From Puniceibacterium sp. (lineage in GTDB: Bacteria > Pseudomonadota > Alphaproteobacteria > Rhodobacterales > Rhodobacteraceae), in the NCBI GenBank assembly GCA_024636635.1, contig JAGXGV010000030.1, positions 186-64,185 of the forward strand: a DNA stretch of 64,000 nucleotides. The letters run 5' to 3'. Position numbers and translations under genes: made by a program. Of the stretch, positions 41,931 to 53,164 are shown one piece after another. Numbering within the stretch: the stretch's first letter is position 1; each line of letters starts with the position of its first letter. The notes under the pieces were generated by a model. That model ran no database searches and was not told where the DNA came from. It was given only the letters and a program-made list of their open reading frames with translations.

Positions 41931-42026
41931 CGGGTCACCACATCTTCCAAGTGCCCCGCGCCGTCCGGCGCGCGGTCAGTCGAAGGGGGGATAACGGGAC
42001 GCGCGGCAGACGTCCAGCCGATTGCG

Positions 42027-42875
42027 TCAGGAGGTGGCCTGACGTGCCTTCGCTTCGGCCTGCATGGCAAGGGTGCGGACGTCCGGTCCTGCGCAGCGCG
42101 GCACGATGCGATAGACAGCCTCGACAATGTTCTCGATTGCAAAGGCGATCAGGCCAAGGGCGACGACCCCCAGAAGGATGCGGCCATAAGCAAGTTCACG
42201 CAATTGCTGCAAGGCTTCGCCGACGCCGCCGGCCTCTTGCGGATCGGTGGTGTAGCCCGCAAAAGCGATCAGCGCGCCGACGATGCCGACCACGGCGCCT
42301 TGCGCGACAAAGCCGTATTTCATCACCGGATCAAGCCGTTCGGTCAACGACGTCACCCTCAGGGTGCGCTTGTATTTCTCGGTCACGCCCTTGTGGATGT
42401 AGAAAATCCCCGCCCCCATGGTGACAAGGCCGGTGCCGATCACAATCCACGGCCCGTAGGGCAGTGTCATAACCTTGGCGGTCCAGTCAGAGGCGCTGTC
42501 GCCGCCGCCGCCGCCCTGCCCAAGGGCAAGCCCGGCAACAGAGACGCCTATGGCCGCGTGGATAAGCCCCGTCACCACCTGACCGGCGCGCGCGACAACG
42601 CCCTTGGCCTCGGTCCCGTAGTCTTCGAGATCGTACCAGGAGTCGATCAGCCGCCAGACCGCATAGGCCCACATACCGACCGCAATCGCCCAAAGCAACG
42701 GAGTGCCCCACGGCTGGTCGCGCAGCTCGGCCAGCGCGCTGGTGGTGCCTTCGGCCTGTCCGCCGTAAACTGCGGCGATCAGGGCAAGCCCCCCGACAAC
42801 GGTATAGACCGCACCACGCGCGGCATATCCTGTGCGCATGACGGGAACGACCCAGGCGGGGGCTGTGCTGGACAT
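42027..42875 (-). CDS. DUF1206 membrane protein
   Basis: RTGYAARGAVY, repeated PWG/PYG hairpin units; RBS AGGAG; GGAAC-N17-CGCT upstream. Confidence 0.88.
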   Translation of the reverse strand: MSSTAPAWVVPVMRTGYAARGAVYTVVGGLALIAAVYGGQAEGTTSALAELRDQPWGTPLLWAIAVGMWAYAVWRLIDSWYDLEDYGTEAKGVVARAGQVVTGLIHAAIGVSVAGLALGQGGGGGDSASDWTAKVMTLPYGPWIVIGTGLVTMGAGIFYIHKGVTEKYKRTLRVTSLTERLDPVMKYGFVAQGAVVGIVGALIAFAGYTTDPQEAGGVGEALQQLRELAYGRILLGVVALGLIAFAIENIVEAVYRIVPRCAGPDVRTLAMQAEAKARQATS

Positions 42876-43010
42876 TACTGAGACTCCTTTTTGGTGAAGG
42901 AGTAGCGCTTTGCAGGGCGGTCTGGTTCCCTGGCGGCGCGCAGTCAACGCAAGGTGCCGCAACAAGCAGTTGACCGGCGGGACTTTTTTCCTCAGCGAAA
43001 GGGGCTGTCT

Positions 43011-43541
43011 TCAGTCTCGCTCGGGGCAATCTTCGCCCAGTGGCGTGCCATCATAGGATTTGTCGCCACATTCGTTGACTTCGTGCCAGACATAACCCCG
43101 GCCATCCTGGGTGACCGCAACCACCCGGTCGATACCGAATTCGATGTTGCGCTGGCCGGTGAACGCCATGGCGCGGCCGGCGGCAAGATCTTCGCCGATG
43201 GCTTGGGCATCGAAACAGTCGAACCAGCCGGGCGCGACGCGCGGTTCGGCGCCGGGATAAAGGGCATAGGTGTCCTGCAACTGTTCCAGCGTCGACGGCG
43301 TGGTAAAGCAGGCGCGGTAGCGGATGGGCGAAGAATCGGCGTCTATGGCGCGGAAATCCTCGTAGAGGATGGTTTCCGGCACATCGGACACCATGCCGGT
43401 CACACGAACATCGTCGGTGCCGGTGGCAACCACTTCGTAATAATAGGCATAGACCTGCGTGTAATACAGCAGCGCCCCGGCGACGAGCGCCGTGACAACG
43501 ATGAAGGCGACCATGATCTTGCCGGTGTTATTCTGCGCCAA
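43011..43541 (-). CDS. DUF6446-like membrane-anchored protein
   Basis: YYTQVYAYY, IDADSSPIRYRACF, APGWFDCFDA, GIDRVVA. Start uncertain (TTG 43541 or ATG 43514). Confidence 0.8.
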   Translation of the reverse strand: MAQNNTGKIMVAFIVVTALVAGALLYYTQVYAYYYEVVATGTDDVRVTGMVSDVPETILYEDFRAIDADSSPIRYRACFTTPSTLEQLQDTYALYPGAEPRVAPGWFDCFDAQAIGEDLAAGRAMAFTGQRNIEFGIDRVVAVTQDGRGYVWHEVNECGDKSYDGTPLGEDCPERD

Positions 43542-43545
43542 GGGC

Positions 43546-44241
43546 TTATTTCCAGTCCATGTTGATGACCGGACGCGCGATCGTTTTGCTGCGTTTGCGC
43601 AACGCCTCGGATCGTCTGGCAAGCTCCGGCACACGCGATTCGTGCGTTTCGACAAAGATGTGGCCGATCCGGTGCAGGACAGGGTGGTCGAGCAGTTTTT
43701 CCATCACAGCGACTTCGGCGCCTTCGATATCCATCTTGATGATGGCGATATCCGTGTCCAGACCTTCGAGAAAGGCGGTAAAGTCGATCTGCGGCACATC
43801 GATCGCAACCGAAGTGTCGATGTTGCGCTTTTGGGCGACGATTGAGGACGATAGCGACTGGAAATCGGGGTCTTCCTCGAACCCTGCCGACCGGTAAAGC
43901 TGGACTGTGCCCGCTTCGGTCGAAGCGGCAGCTTCGATCACCTCGACGTTGGCAAGATCGGCAAGGTTTTCACGCAGCTGCGCCGCGGTCCAGGGGTCCG
44001 GCTCAAAGGCATAGACGCGGCCGGCATGGGCGGCCATCTTGCGCGAGCATCGGCCGATGTTGGCCCCAAGATCGATGCAGATGCCCCCCGCCGCGGCCCG
44101 GATCGCCTCGTCCATTTGGGTTTCGGCCTCGTGCGAGAAAAGTCTGATGTATTTGCGTCGGTAGCGCAGGCCGGTATCGCCGGGAAGATTCTGGAACAGC
44201 CGTAACTTCAGGCGTCGCAGCAGGCTGTCGCGAATGGCCAT
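43546..44241 (-). CDS. FkbM family methyltransferase
   Basis: IDLGANIG, AFEPDP, KMDIEGAE. Confidence 0.9.
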   Translation of the reverse strand: MAIRDSLLRRLKLRLFQNLPGDTGLRYRRKYIRLFSHEAETQMDEAIRAAAGGICIDLGANIGRCSRKMAAHAGRVYAFEPDPWTAAQLRENLADLANVEVIEAAASTEAGTVQLYRSAGFEEDPDFQSLSSSIVAQKRNIDTSVAIDVPQIDFTAFLEGLDTDIAIIKMDIEGAEVAVMEKLLDHPVLHRIGHIFVETHESRVPELARRSEALRKRSKTIARPVINMDWK

Positions 44242-45182
44242 CAGGTTGCCATCCCGCCCGCCGCAGTGGTCACGAAGGCATCGGCACAGCGTTTCGCCAG
44301 CGCCCGGACCCGCCCGATATAGGATTGCCGTTCAGTGACGGAAATCACGCCGCGCGCGTCCAGCAGGTTGAACAGGTGGCTTGCCTTGATGCACTGGTCA
44401 TAGGCCGGATGGGCCATCACGATGCGCTTGCCGGTCTTCGGGTCATCGGGTGCCTGATCAAGGATGCGCGCACATTCGGATTCGGCATCGACAAAGTGCT
44501 GCAACAGGATCGCGGTGTCGGCCACGTCGAAGTTCCAGCGCGAATATTCCTCTTCGGTCTGGCGGAAGATGTCGCCATAGCGCAGCGCAATGGGTGATTG
44601 CGGATCGTTGAAGGGCATTTCCATCACGTGATCCACGCCCAGCACATACATCGCAAGCCGTTCAAGGCCATAGGTCAGTTCGCCCGAAACCGGGTGACAA
44701 TCATGTCCGCCGACTTGCTGGAAATAGGTGAACTGCGACACTTCCATGCCGTCGCACCACACTTCCCATCCCAGACCCCAGGCACCCAGCGTCGGCGATT
44801 CCCAGTCGTCCTCGACAAAGCGGACGTCATGCAGCGCCATGTCGATGCCGATCGCCTCGAGGCTGCCAAGGTAGAGCGCCTGAAGATCCGGGGGCGAGGG
44901 TTTGATCAGCACCTGGAACTGGTAATAGTGCTGCAACCGGTTCGGGTTCTCGCCATAGCGCCCGTCGGTGGGACGCCGCGAGGGCTGGACATAGGCCGCC
45001 GCCCAGGGCCGCGTGCCCAGGCTGCGCAACGTGGTGGCGGGGTGAAAGGTGCCCGCGCCAACCTCCATGTCGTAGGGTTGCAGGATCGCACAGCCCCGGG
45101 CGGCCCAGTAGGCTTGCAACCGCAGGATGATGTCCTGAAAGCTGCGCGGCTTGCCCGCATCTGTCCGGGTGGTATTGTCCAT
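44241..45182 (-). CDS. glyQ: Glycine--tRNA ligase alpha subunit
   Basis: [34 protein letters not shown]. Confidence 0.97.
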   Translation of the reverse strand: MDNTTRTDAGKPRSFQDIILRLQAYWAARGCAILQPYDMEVGAGTFHPATTLRSLGTRPWAAAYVQPSRRPTDGRYGENPNRLQHYYQFQVLIKPSPPDLQALYLGSLEAIGIDMALHDVRFVEDDWESPTLGAWGLGWEVWCDGMEVSQFTYFQQVGGHDCHPVSGELTYGLERLAMYVLGVDHVMEMPFNDPQSPIALRYGDIFRQTEEEYSRWNFDVADTAILLQHFVDAESECARILDQAPDDPKTGKRIVMAHPAYDQCIKASHLFNLLDARGVISVTERQSYIGRVRALAKRCADAFVTTAAGGMAT

Positions 45183-45339
45183 GCAGAGTATCCCAACGTG
45201 CATTTTTGTCTGCTTAGGCTTTAGGCGGGCGAGGGTCAATTGCACCGCTCGCCATATTTTGCGCGACGGGGGGTGTGGCTTTTGATAAATCCGGAGTAAG
45301 GCACGGAAACGGCGGGTTGGTTCAGGGACGACGACAGGT

Positions 45340-47106
45340 ATGACACGATTGGTGATGGCGCTTCTGGCTGCCGTATTTCTGACGGCCCGCACGGCTGTCG
45401 CGCAGGATGCGACCTACATCCAGATAGAGGCGCAGCCATCGCTGACCCGGGCCGAGGACCGGGTGCGCGACTATGCCAGCTATCTGCGCGACGTGAACGG
45501 CTTTTCGCTGGGCGGCGGATGGTACGGCATTGCCATCGGCCCCTATGACCGCGCCGAGGCCGAGGCGCGCCTGCGCCAGCTGCGCGCAGAGGGCCAGATC
45601 CCGCGCGACAGCTTTATCGCCGACAACAGCAATTTGCGTCGTCAGTTCTGGCCCGTTGGTGCCAGTGCGCCGGGTATGCAGTCCGGAACAGCAAGCGAAA
45701 TCACCCAAATGCCACTGGACCCGGCCACAGAGCCGCGCACAGAGCCGGGCACTGCGGCGCAAACCATCGCCGAACCGGTGCTCCGCGATGAAACCCCGCG
45801 CGAGGCCGCCGCGATCGAGGCACAGCTTGACCGCACCGAACGGGAACAGTTGCAGGTCGCGCTGCGTTGGGCTGGCTATTACGATGCAGCCATCGACGGC
45901 GCCTTCGGGCGCGGCACGCGCAATTCCATGGCGGGCTGGCAGCAGTCCCAGGGATACGAACCCACGGGCATCCTGACCTCGCGCCAGCGCGCCGAACTGC
46001 TGCGGCAGTACAATGCGGTGCTCGAAGGCATGGACCTGCAACTGGTGACGGAAACCCGAGCCGGAATCGCGATGCAGATCCCGATGGGCGTCGTTGCCTT
46101 TGACCGCTACGATTCGCCCTTTGCGCATTACGCCCCGACCGGAGATCTTCCCGTCCAGGTCCTGTTGATCAGCCAGCCGGGGGATCAGGCGACATTGTTC
46201 GGCCTGTACGAGATCATGCAGACGCTTGAAATCGTGCCACTAACTGGCGAACGCGAACGGCGCAGCACCGGCTTTACCCTGACCGGCGCCAATGGCAAAA
46301 TCGTCTCACACACAGAGGTGCAGCTTGAAGGTGGCCAGATCAAGGGCTTTACCCTTGTCTGGCCCGCGAACGATGAAGAACGGCGCAGCCGCGTTCTGGA
46401 CGCGATGCAGGCCAGTTTTCAGACGCTGCCCGGCGTGCTCGAACGGGACGCCGCGCCGGAAACCGAACCGTCGGTCGACCTGATGGCGGGATTGCAGATC
46501 CGCCGCCCCCGGCTGACCGCCTCGGGGTTCTACATCGACGGTGCCGGCACCGTGGTCACCGCGCGGGATGCGGTGGCGGATTGCGGGCGCATCACGCTTG
46601 AGGACAGGTATGACGCCCGCGTCCTGGCCGAAGATGCGACGACCGGTGTCGCAATTTTGCGCGCGCAAACCACTCTGGCACCGCAGTCCGTCGCCGCCTT
46701 TCGCGACGCGCTGCCGCGGCTGCAATCCGAGGTGGCGGTTTCGGGCTATTCCTTTGGCGGCGTGCTGAACGCGCCGACGCTGACCTTCGGCACGCTCGAA
46801 GACATGCGCGGTCTTTCCGGCGAAGAGAACCGCAAGCGGCTGGCGCTGGCCTCTTTGCCCGGCGATGCGGGGGGGCCGGTGCTCGATACCGGGGGCGCCG
46901 TGCTGGGCATGCTGCTCCCGCGCGACTCCGGAAGCCGCCAGCTGCCCGAAGACGTGAGCTTTGCCGCCAAGTCAGAGGACATCCAGGCCCTGCTGGGCCG
47001 CGCGGGCCTGCGCGCCACCGCCACGCAGGGCCAGGCCGCGATGGCCCCCGAGGATCTGACCACGGTGGCGGCCGGAATGACGGTGCTGGTCAGCTGCTGG
47101 GAGTGA
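45340..47106 (+). CDS. Secreted SPOR + PG_binding_1 + trypsin-like protein (catalytic triad lost)
   Basis: Signal peptide; [24 protein letters not shown]; SGFYID..VVTARD..GDAGGP. Confidence 0.85.
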   Translation: MTRLVMALLAAVFLTARTAVAQDATYIQIEAQPSLTRAEDRVRDYASYLRDVNGFSLGGGWYGIAIGPYDRAEAEARLRQLRAEGQIPRDSFIADNSNLRRQFWPVGASAPGMQSGTASEITQMPLDPATEPRTEPGTAAQTIAEPVLRDETPREAAAIEAQLDRTEREQLQVALRWAGYYDAAIDGAFGRGTRNSMAGWQQSQGYEPTGILTSRQRAELLRQYNAVLEGMDLQLVTETRAGIAMQIPMGVVAFDRYDSPFAHYAPTGDLPVQVLLISQPGDQATLFGLYEIMQTLEIVPLTGERERRSTGFTLTGANGKIVSHTEVQLEGGQIKGFTLVWPANDEERRSRVLDAMQASFQTLPGVLERDAAPETEPSVDLMAGLQIRRPRLTASGFYIDGAGTVVTARDAVADCGRITLEDRYDARVLAEDATTGVAILRAQTTLAPQSVAAFRDALPRLQSEVAVSGYSFGGVLNAPTLTFGTLEDMRGLSGEENRKRLALASLPGDAGGPVLDTGGAVLGMLLPRDSGSRQLPEDVSFAAKSEDIQALLGRAGLRATATQGQAAMAPEDLTTVAAGMTVLVSCWE

Positions 47107-47239
47107 CGGCAAAAGTTATGACCGCGGTCATAAACCGGCGCCGTGCCACTGCCACGCCTCAGGGCTGGCGTCGCAACGCGCTTATGTGTCGTCGGCTTTC
47201 CGGTTTTGGTCCATAGGGATCGCGCGGCAGTTCCCTGTT

Positions 47240-47410
47240 CCCGCGACGGCACGCGCGACATCCTTGAAGAATACCGGCGCGCCGAAGTGGGCTATGCGGC
47301 GGTCTAGAGTACGCCGCGTTGGATCGAATTCATCCCGCGGACCGCACGCATTTGCTTGCGCCAACGCTGCGTCGGTGAATGAACCCGATAAAACGCGATA
47401 CGCTCCAGAG
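47240..47410 (-). pseudogene. Possible FkbM methyltransferase fragment
   Basis: VLSGSFTDAA...TLDRRIAHFGAPVFFKD resembles the FkbM TLDxxIxxxGxPxFxKxD segment. Boundaries approximate. Confidence 0.35.
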
Positions 47411-47568
47411 CGTGCCTCTTTCAATTACAATGACTTGAACTGCCTGCCGGACAGCTGAGTGCATCCGGAGGCGGCCCGCGGTGACGGGCGGTTTCTACAT
47501 CGATTGAGACGGAAACGCCGGGCAGACCGATCAAACATGTCGGCAGGATCTTGGATTCTAGGATCGCT

Positions 47569-47706
47569 TCAGCCCTTTTCTTCTTCCAGCACCTCTTTCG
47601 GCGTGATGATCGCGCCCCGCTCGACCACAAACGCGCCAGTGGTATAATAAGGCACGGCGGCGGTGTCCTGTTCGGCGTCGCCGCGGCCCTGGTCGATCTT
47701 GTTCAC
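47569..47706 (-). CDS. Small hypothetical protein (45 aa)
   Basis: GTG start after AAAGAG; GC3-rich codons. Confidence 0.45.
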   Translation of the reverse strand: MNKIDQGRGDAEQDTAAVPYYTTGAFVVERGAIITPKEVLEEEKG

Positions 47707-47913
47707 GATCTCTTTTCGATGTGCCGTGCACCCAGGTATCGAAATGGTCGTTCGGGTGGCGTGATCTTTCCGCAAAAATCCATGAAAAGTCAATTCACTG
47801 ATCTGAGTGGGCCGACTCCCCGCTCGCAGTTGCAGCGGGCACGCCCGGATCGGCGCGGACCGGGCGGTTGCGGTCGCGGTCGGGCCTGCGCGCGGTGTCT
47901 GCCGCGCCCGCGC

Positions 47914-48792
47914 TCAGGCCGAGCCGCGCAACAGCCGCGTCAGGGCGCCCCACTGGCTGATGGCCACGCCGACAAGGATCAGCGCCATGGCGAACAGCAG
48001 GCTTGTCCGCATCTGTTCGCCCAGCAGCAGCACGCCCAGCAGCACCGACCACATCGGCACCTGATAGTTGGTGAGGCTCATGAACACCGGTCCTGCACTG
48101 CGGATCACCAGCACACGCAGCAGATGGGCGCCGGCGGTCGGCACCAGCCCGAGAAAGGCCAGAACGAGGATGGTCTGCGGCGCGGGCAGGGGCGGTGGCC
48201 CCTCGACGACCCAGGCCAGGGGCACCACCATCAGCGTGCCGAAGATGAGCGGTACCGTGGCGATGCCGATCGGGTCCATCGGCGGCAGCCTGCGCATCAC
48301 CACCGAGCTTATGGCATAACAGCCCGCGGCCCCGAGGCAGGCAAGCCGACCCAGAGGTTCCAGCACGACGCCGGTGGACCGGAACGCCTCGCCCCCCAAC
48401 AGAAGGGCGACGCCGGCAAAGCCGATGACAAAGCCGAAGGTGCGGCGCAGCGTCATGCGTTCGCCAGGAAGGAATACATGCGCCATCGGCAGCACCAGAA
48501 GCGCGACAGCGGCCATGCAGACCCCGGCAAAGCCGGAGGTGACGTATTGCTGCCCCCAGCTGAGCAGTGCAAACGGCAGCGCCGAGGTGAGCAGGCCGAT
48601 CAGGGCCAGACGAGACCACGGCCTGTCCGCGGTCAGGAACAGTTTCCGCCCGCGCAGTGTCCAGATGCCGACCGTGAGCAGCATTGCGAAACCGATTCGC
48701 GCGGCGGCCAGCCAGAAGGGGGTGATGCCGCGCAGGGCGATTTCGATCACCAGAAAGGTGCTGCCCCAGACCAGTCCAAGGATCGCGACCAT
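47914..48792 (-). CDS. DMT/EamA family transporter
   Basis: WGSTF, ALPFALLSWG, about 10 TM segments, LLGE near the C-terminus. Confidence 0.92.
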   Translation of the reverse strand: MVAILGLVWGSTFLVIEIALRGITPFWLAAARIGFAMLLTVGIWTLRGRKLFLTADRPWSRLALIGLLTSALPFALLSWGQQYVTSGFAGVCMAAVALLVLPMAHVFLPGERMTLRRTFGFVIGFAGVALLLGGEAFRSTGVVLEPLGRLACLGAAGCYAISSVVMRRLPPMDPIGIATVPLIFGTLMVVPLAWVVEGPPPLPAPQTILVLAFLGLVPTAGAHLLRVLVIRSAGPVFMSLTNYQVPMWSVLLGVLLLGEQMRTSLLFAMALILVGVAISQWGALTRLLRGSA

Positions 48793-48944
48793 GAGCCAGC
48801 TGCGCGGCGTTATGTCGGGCAGCGGAGTGGTATTGCCATGTGTGGGAATGTGTCACCTGTGATGTGAAACAGGGCACCCCCAACGGGATGCTTGCCTTGC
48901 AGGCCCTTACCATTAAGCTTGGGGAAGAATGAATGGAGGAAATC

Positions 48945-49022
48945 ATGTTCTACATCCTGACGATCGTAATTCTTCTGGCTCTGCTTGGTTGGTGCCTTTA
49001 CCAGCTGAAGAACGACATGTGA
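48945..49022 (+). CDS. 25-aa single-TM small protein, absent from the ORF track
   Basis: GGAGGA RBS then MFYILTIVILLALLGWCLYQLKNDM*; hairpin downstream. Confidence 0.6.
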   Translation: MFYILTIVILLALLGWCLYQLKNDM

Positions 49023-49120
49023 CAATGCACGCGGGCGCGCCACACGCGCGCCGCGTCTTGCATGTCCGCAAGATCGAAAAGAGACATCAAGAGGCCCTGA
49101 CACGGTTGAGTCAGGGCGGT

Positions 49121-50377
49121 TCAGTCATTGCTTAGCCTTTGTCGGCGTCCCGGAATGGCGGGCTGACGCCGCGCCTGGACGCTTTCGGCTTGCGGTGCTT
49201 TGGTCGATGCGGGACGGCGGGCCGGTTTGCGCGACAGGCGCGCGTGTCCCCAGGCCACCACGTAAAGCGCACCGATCGACGCCAGCAGCAAGAAGTTGTC
49301 AACCAGCGCGGGCAGGTCGCGCCCGGTCATCCCCCACATGATGACATAGGTCAGCACCACATGCGCCGCGAACACCTGAAGCGAGTGCTGACCCAGAAAC
49401 ACCAGCGCGCGCCGGGTGAACAGCCACTCAATCCCGCGTCCCATTGCGGCAAGCACACGGTTGCCGCTGGACGGGCCGGCAACCAGAAGCCAGCTGATCA
49501 CGAAGAGATCGAGCAGGAAGTTGGCAAGATAGACAATGTGCATGTTGCCGCGGTCGATCTCTCTCCAGAGGGTGCGGCGCAGGTCCTGCTCGATCCAGCC
49601 AAGGCTCATGGCGCGGTCGAAGATCGCGAAAGCGACGACACCCGCCACGGCCAGCCAGAACACCGGACGCAGGCGCGGGTCGCACAAACGGGATGTGTCA
49701 AGCTCGTCCCGGGCGAACAGGAAGCCAAGGTAGAGACCAAGAAAGTACAGCGTCTGCCAGCCGAAGACGTTGAAATAGATGCCGATATTGATGCCATGCC
49801 CGGCATCTTTCAGCACGCGTTCGACCGGCAATTGCGCGGCATCCGGCAGGCCGGACTGGGCCAGAAGCCAGGCGGCGACCGAGGCCAGCGCCCACCACTT
49901 GGCCCAACCCCTGTGAAACGCCATCAGCGCAAGCGGTGTGAGCAGCATCAGCCAGATATAGAGCGCGAGGATGCCCATGTGCAGCGATCCCGTGACCAGC
50001 AGCAGCGACGCCACGGTAAAGGCCAGAGGCTCTGCCACATACTGGTTCAGGATGTCCGGCCTCAAGCCAAATGCAGCAAGGGCAAGTGCCGCGGCACAGA
50101 AGCCCAGGATCAGCAGCACCTGATAGGTATAGATCGTGCGGATACGCCGCATCACCGCCCCACGCATCCCGGCGGGACCGCGACGGTCGAGTATGCCGGT
50201 ATAGACCAACCCGACGACGAAGCCCGAGATGAACACAAAGCCCTGCGCATCCTCGACCCAGCCCAGCATGTGATGATTGTATGCGCCTAGAACAGCGTGG
50301 AACGACCCGTTGGCATGGGCGATCATCATGAAGAGGAGGAAGAATCCTCGGAAACCGTCGAGAAGGGTCAGGCGCAT
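49121..50377 (-). CDS. OpgC-family membrane acyltransferase
   Basis: LDGFRG, DAQGFVFISG, GILALY, FNVFGWQ, LGQHSLQVF. Confidence 0.88.
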   Translation of the reverse strand: MRLTLLDGFRGFFLLFMMIAHANGSFHAVLGAYNHHMLGWVEDAQGFVFISGFVVGLVYTGILDRRGPAGMRGAVMRRIRTIYTYQVLLILGFCAAALALAAFGLRPDILNQYVAEPLAFTVASLLLVTGSLHMGILALYIWLMLLTPLALMAFHRGWAKWWALASVAAWLLAQSGLPDAAQLPVERVLKDAGHGINIGIYFNVFGWQTLYFLGLYLGFLFARDELDTSRLCDPRLRPVFWLAVAGVVAFAIFDRAMSLGWIEQDLRRTLWREIDRGNMHIVYLANFLLDLFVISWLLVAGPSSGNRVLAAMGRGIEWLFTRRALVFLGQHSLQVFAAHVVLTYVIMWGMTGRDLPALVDNFLLLASIGALYVVAWGHARLSRKPARRPASTKAPQAESVQARRQPAIPGRRQRLSND

Positions 50378-50592
50378 GGCAAACTCCGGGGTGGCATATA
50401 GCGGCTGTGGCTTTGCCGTTGTGGCTATGCTGTGGTTTTGTGGCTTTACGGCGATCAATGCGCGAGGGCGTTATTAGTGCCGGAGTTCTTGGTGTGACAG
50501 AGCGATTTGCGCCCGATCCCGCCGATTTTGGCTTGCATCGGCGGAATTCCGACCGTTCGACGTGATGCCTGCCCGAACTATTGGCACAGCAG

Positions 50593-50617
50593 GGAACGAT
50601 CCAGCCCCAAAGGCGTT
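50593..50617 (+). promoter_or_regulatory. EcfG-type promoter
   Basis: Exact GGAAC-N16-CGTT 41 bp before the small-protein ATG. Confidence 0.7.
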
Positions 50618-50658
50618 TTGCAATTCTGCCCTGAAAATCAACCCTGGAGGAAACTGAA

Positions 50659-50838
50659 ATGGATTTTTTCTTTATCGTGCCGCTGCTGGCCCTGATCACC
50701 TTGCTGATCGTGATCGTGTTCGCGCTCTGGAGCAAGCACAAGACGGAAGAACGCAAAAATGACCCATCCGCACCAAAAAGTGCGCTTGCGGCTGACGGAT
50801 CGGCGCATCGCACCGACGGCACCGAGCAACAATCGTGA
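50659..50838 (+). CDS. 59-aa single-TM small protein, absent from the ORF track
   Basis: GGAGG RBS; MDFFFIVPLLALITLLIVIVFALWSKHKTEERKNDPSAPKSALAADG... Confidence 0.85.
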   Translation: MDFFFIVPLLALITLLIVIVFALWSKHKTEERKNDPSAPKSALAADGSAHRTDGTEQQS

Positions 50839-50841
50839 CGC

Positions 50842-50869
50842 AATGAGGCGCCTGTGACGGCGCCTCATT
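50842..50869. terminator. Hairpin between convergent genes
   Basis: AATGAGGCGCC-TGTGAC-GGCGCCTCATT. Confidence 0.7.
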
Positions 50870-50902
50870 CCCTTGTCTGTACCTATCTGAGTCCAGAGTG
50901 AC

Positions 50903-52516
<1,614 letters not shown>

Positions 52517-52520
<4 letters not shown>

Positions 52521-52972
52521 TCGAACTTGACGATACCGACCGGGCGCTGATCCGGTCGCTGGCCGCCGATGCCACGCAAAGCGCCGGGGCGCTGGGGCGC
52601 GCGCTGAACCTGTCACAGCCCGCGGCCTGGCGCCGGATAAAGCGACTGCGTGCGGCGGGGGTGTTCCGTGGTCAGCGACTGGATCTGGACCGCGAGGCGC
52701 TGGGCTTTGGGGTGACCGTCTTTCTGGGCGTGAAGCTTGCCACCAAGGGGCGGGTGTCGTTGCAGGATTTCGAACGGGCGGTCAGCGCCATTCCCGAGGT
52801 GCAGACCGTCGAGCATGTTTTGGGTCTTTACGATTACCGCCTGCGGGTTGTGGCGCGCGACATTTCGGATTTCGAGCGGGTGCTGCGGCGGCGGATCATG
52901 ACGCTGCCGGGGGTCGGGAACATCGACGCCAACGTGCTGCTATCCGAGGAACGATTGCCCGGGCCGGTCTGA
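52517..52972 (+). CDS. Lrp/AsnC regulator
   Basis: LDDTDRALI, LSQPAAWRRIKRL; ATGA-coupled to the previous gene. Confidence 0.92.
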
Positions 52973-53164
52973 CCCCGGCGGCGGGCAGGAGCCGGTGCAG
53001 ACGCCGTGGCCGGTGCCGTGGCCGTCAGCCAGTGTGAGGCTGATGTTTTCGGGATCGAAGCTGGTCGCGGCGCCGCACATCGCGGCGCGCGCCCCGTGGC
53101 ATCGAAGACCTTTGCCAAATCGGCGCCAAAAGGATACTCAGCCCGCAACCAGAGGAGAAGGCGC

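Noticed and set aside
47795-48946. 383-aa alternative-frame ORF over the DMT gene
   Set aside because: Arg/Ala-rich off-frame reading; the DMT frame explains the sequence.
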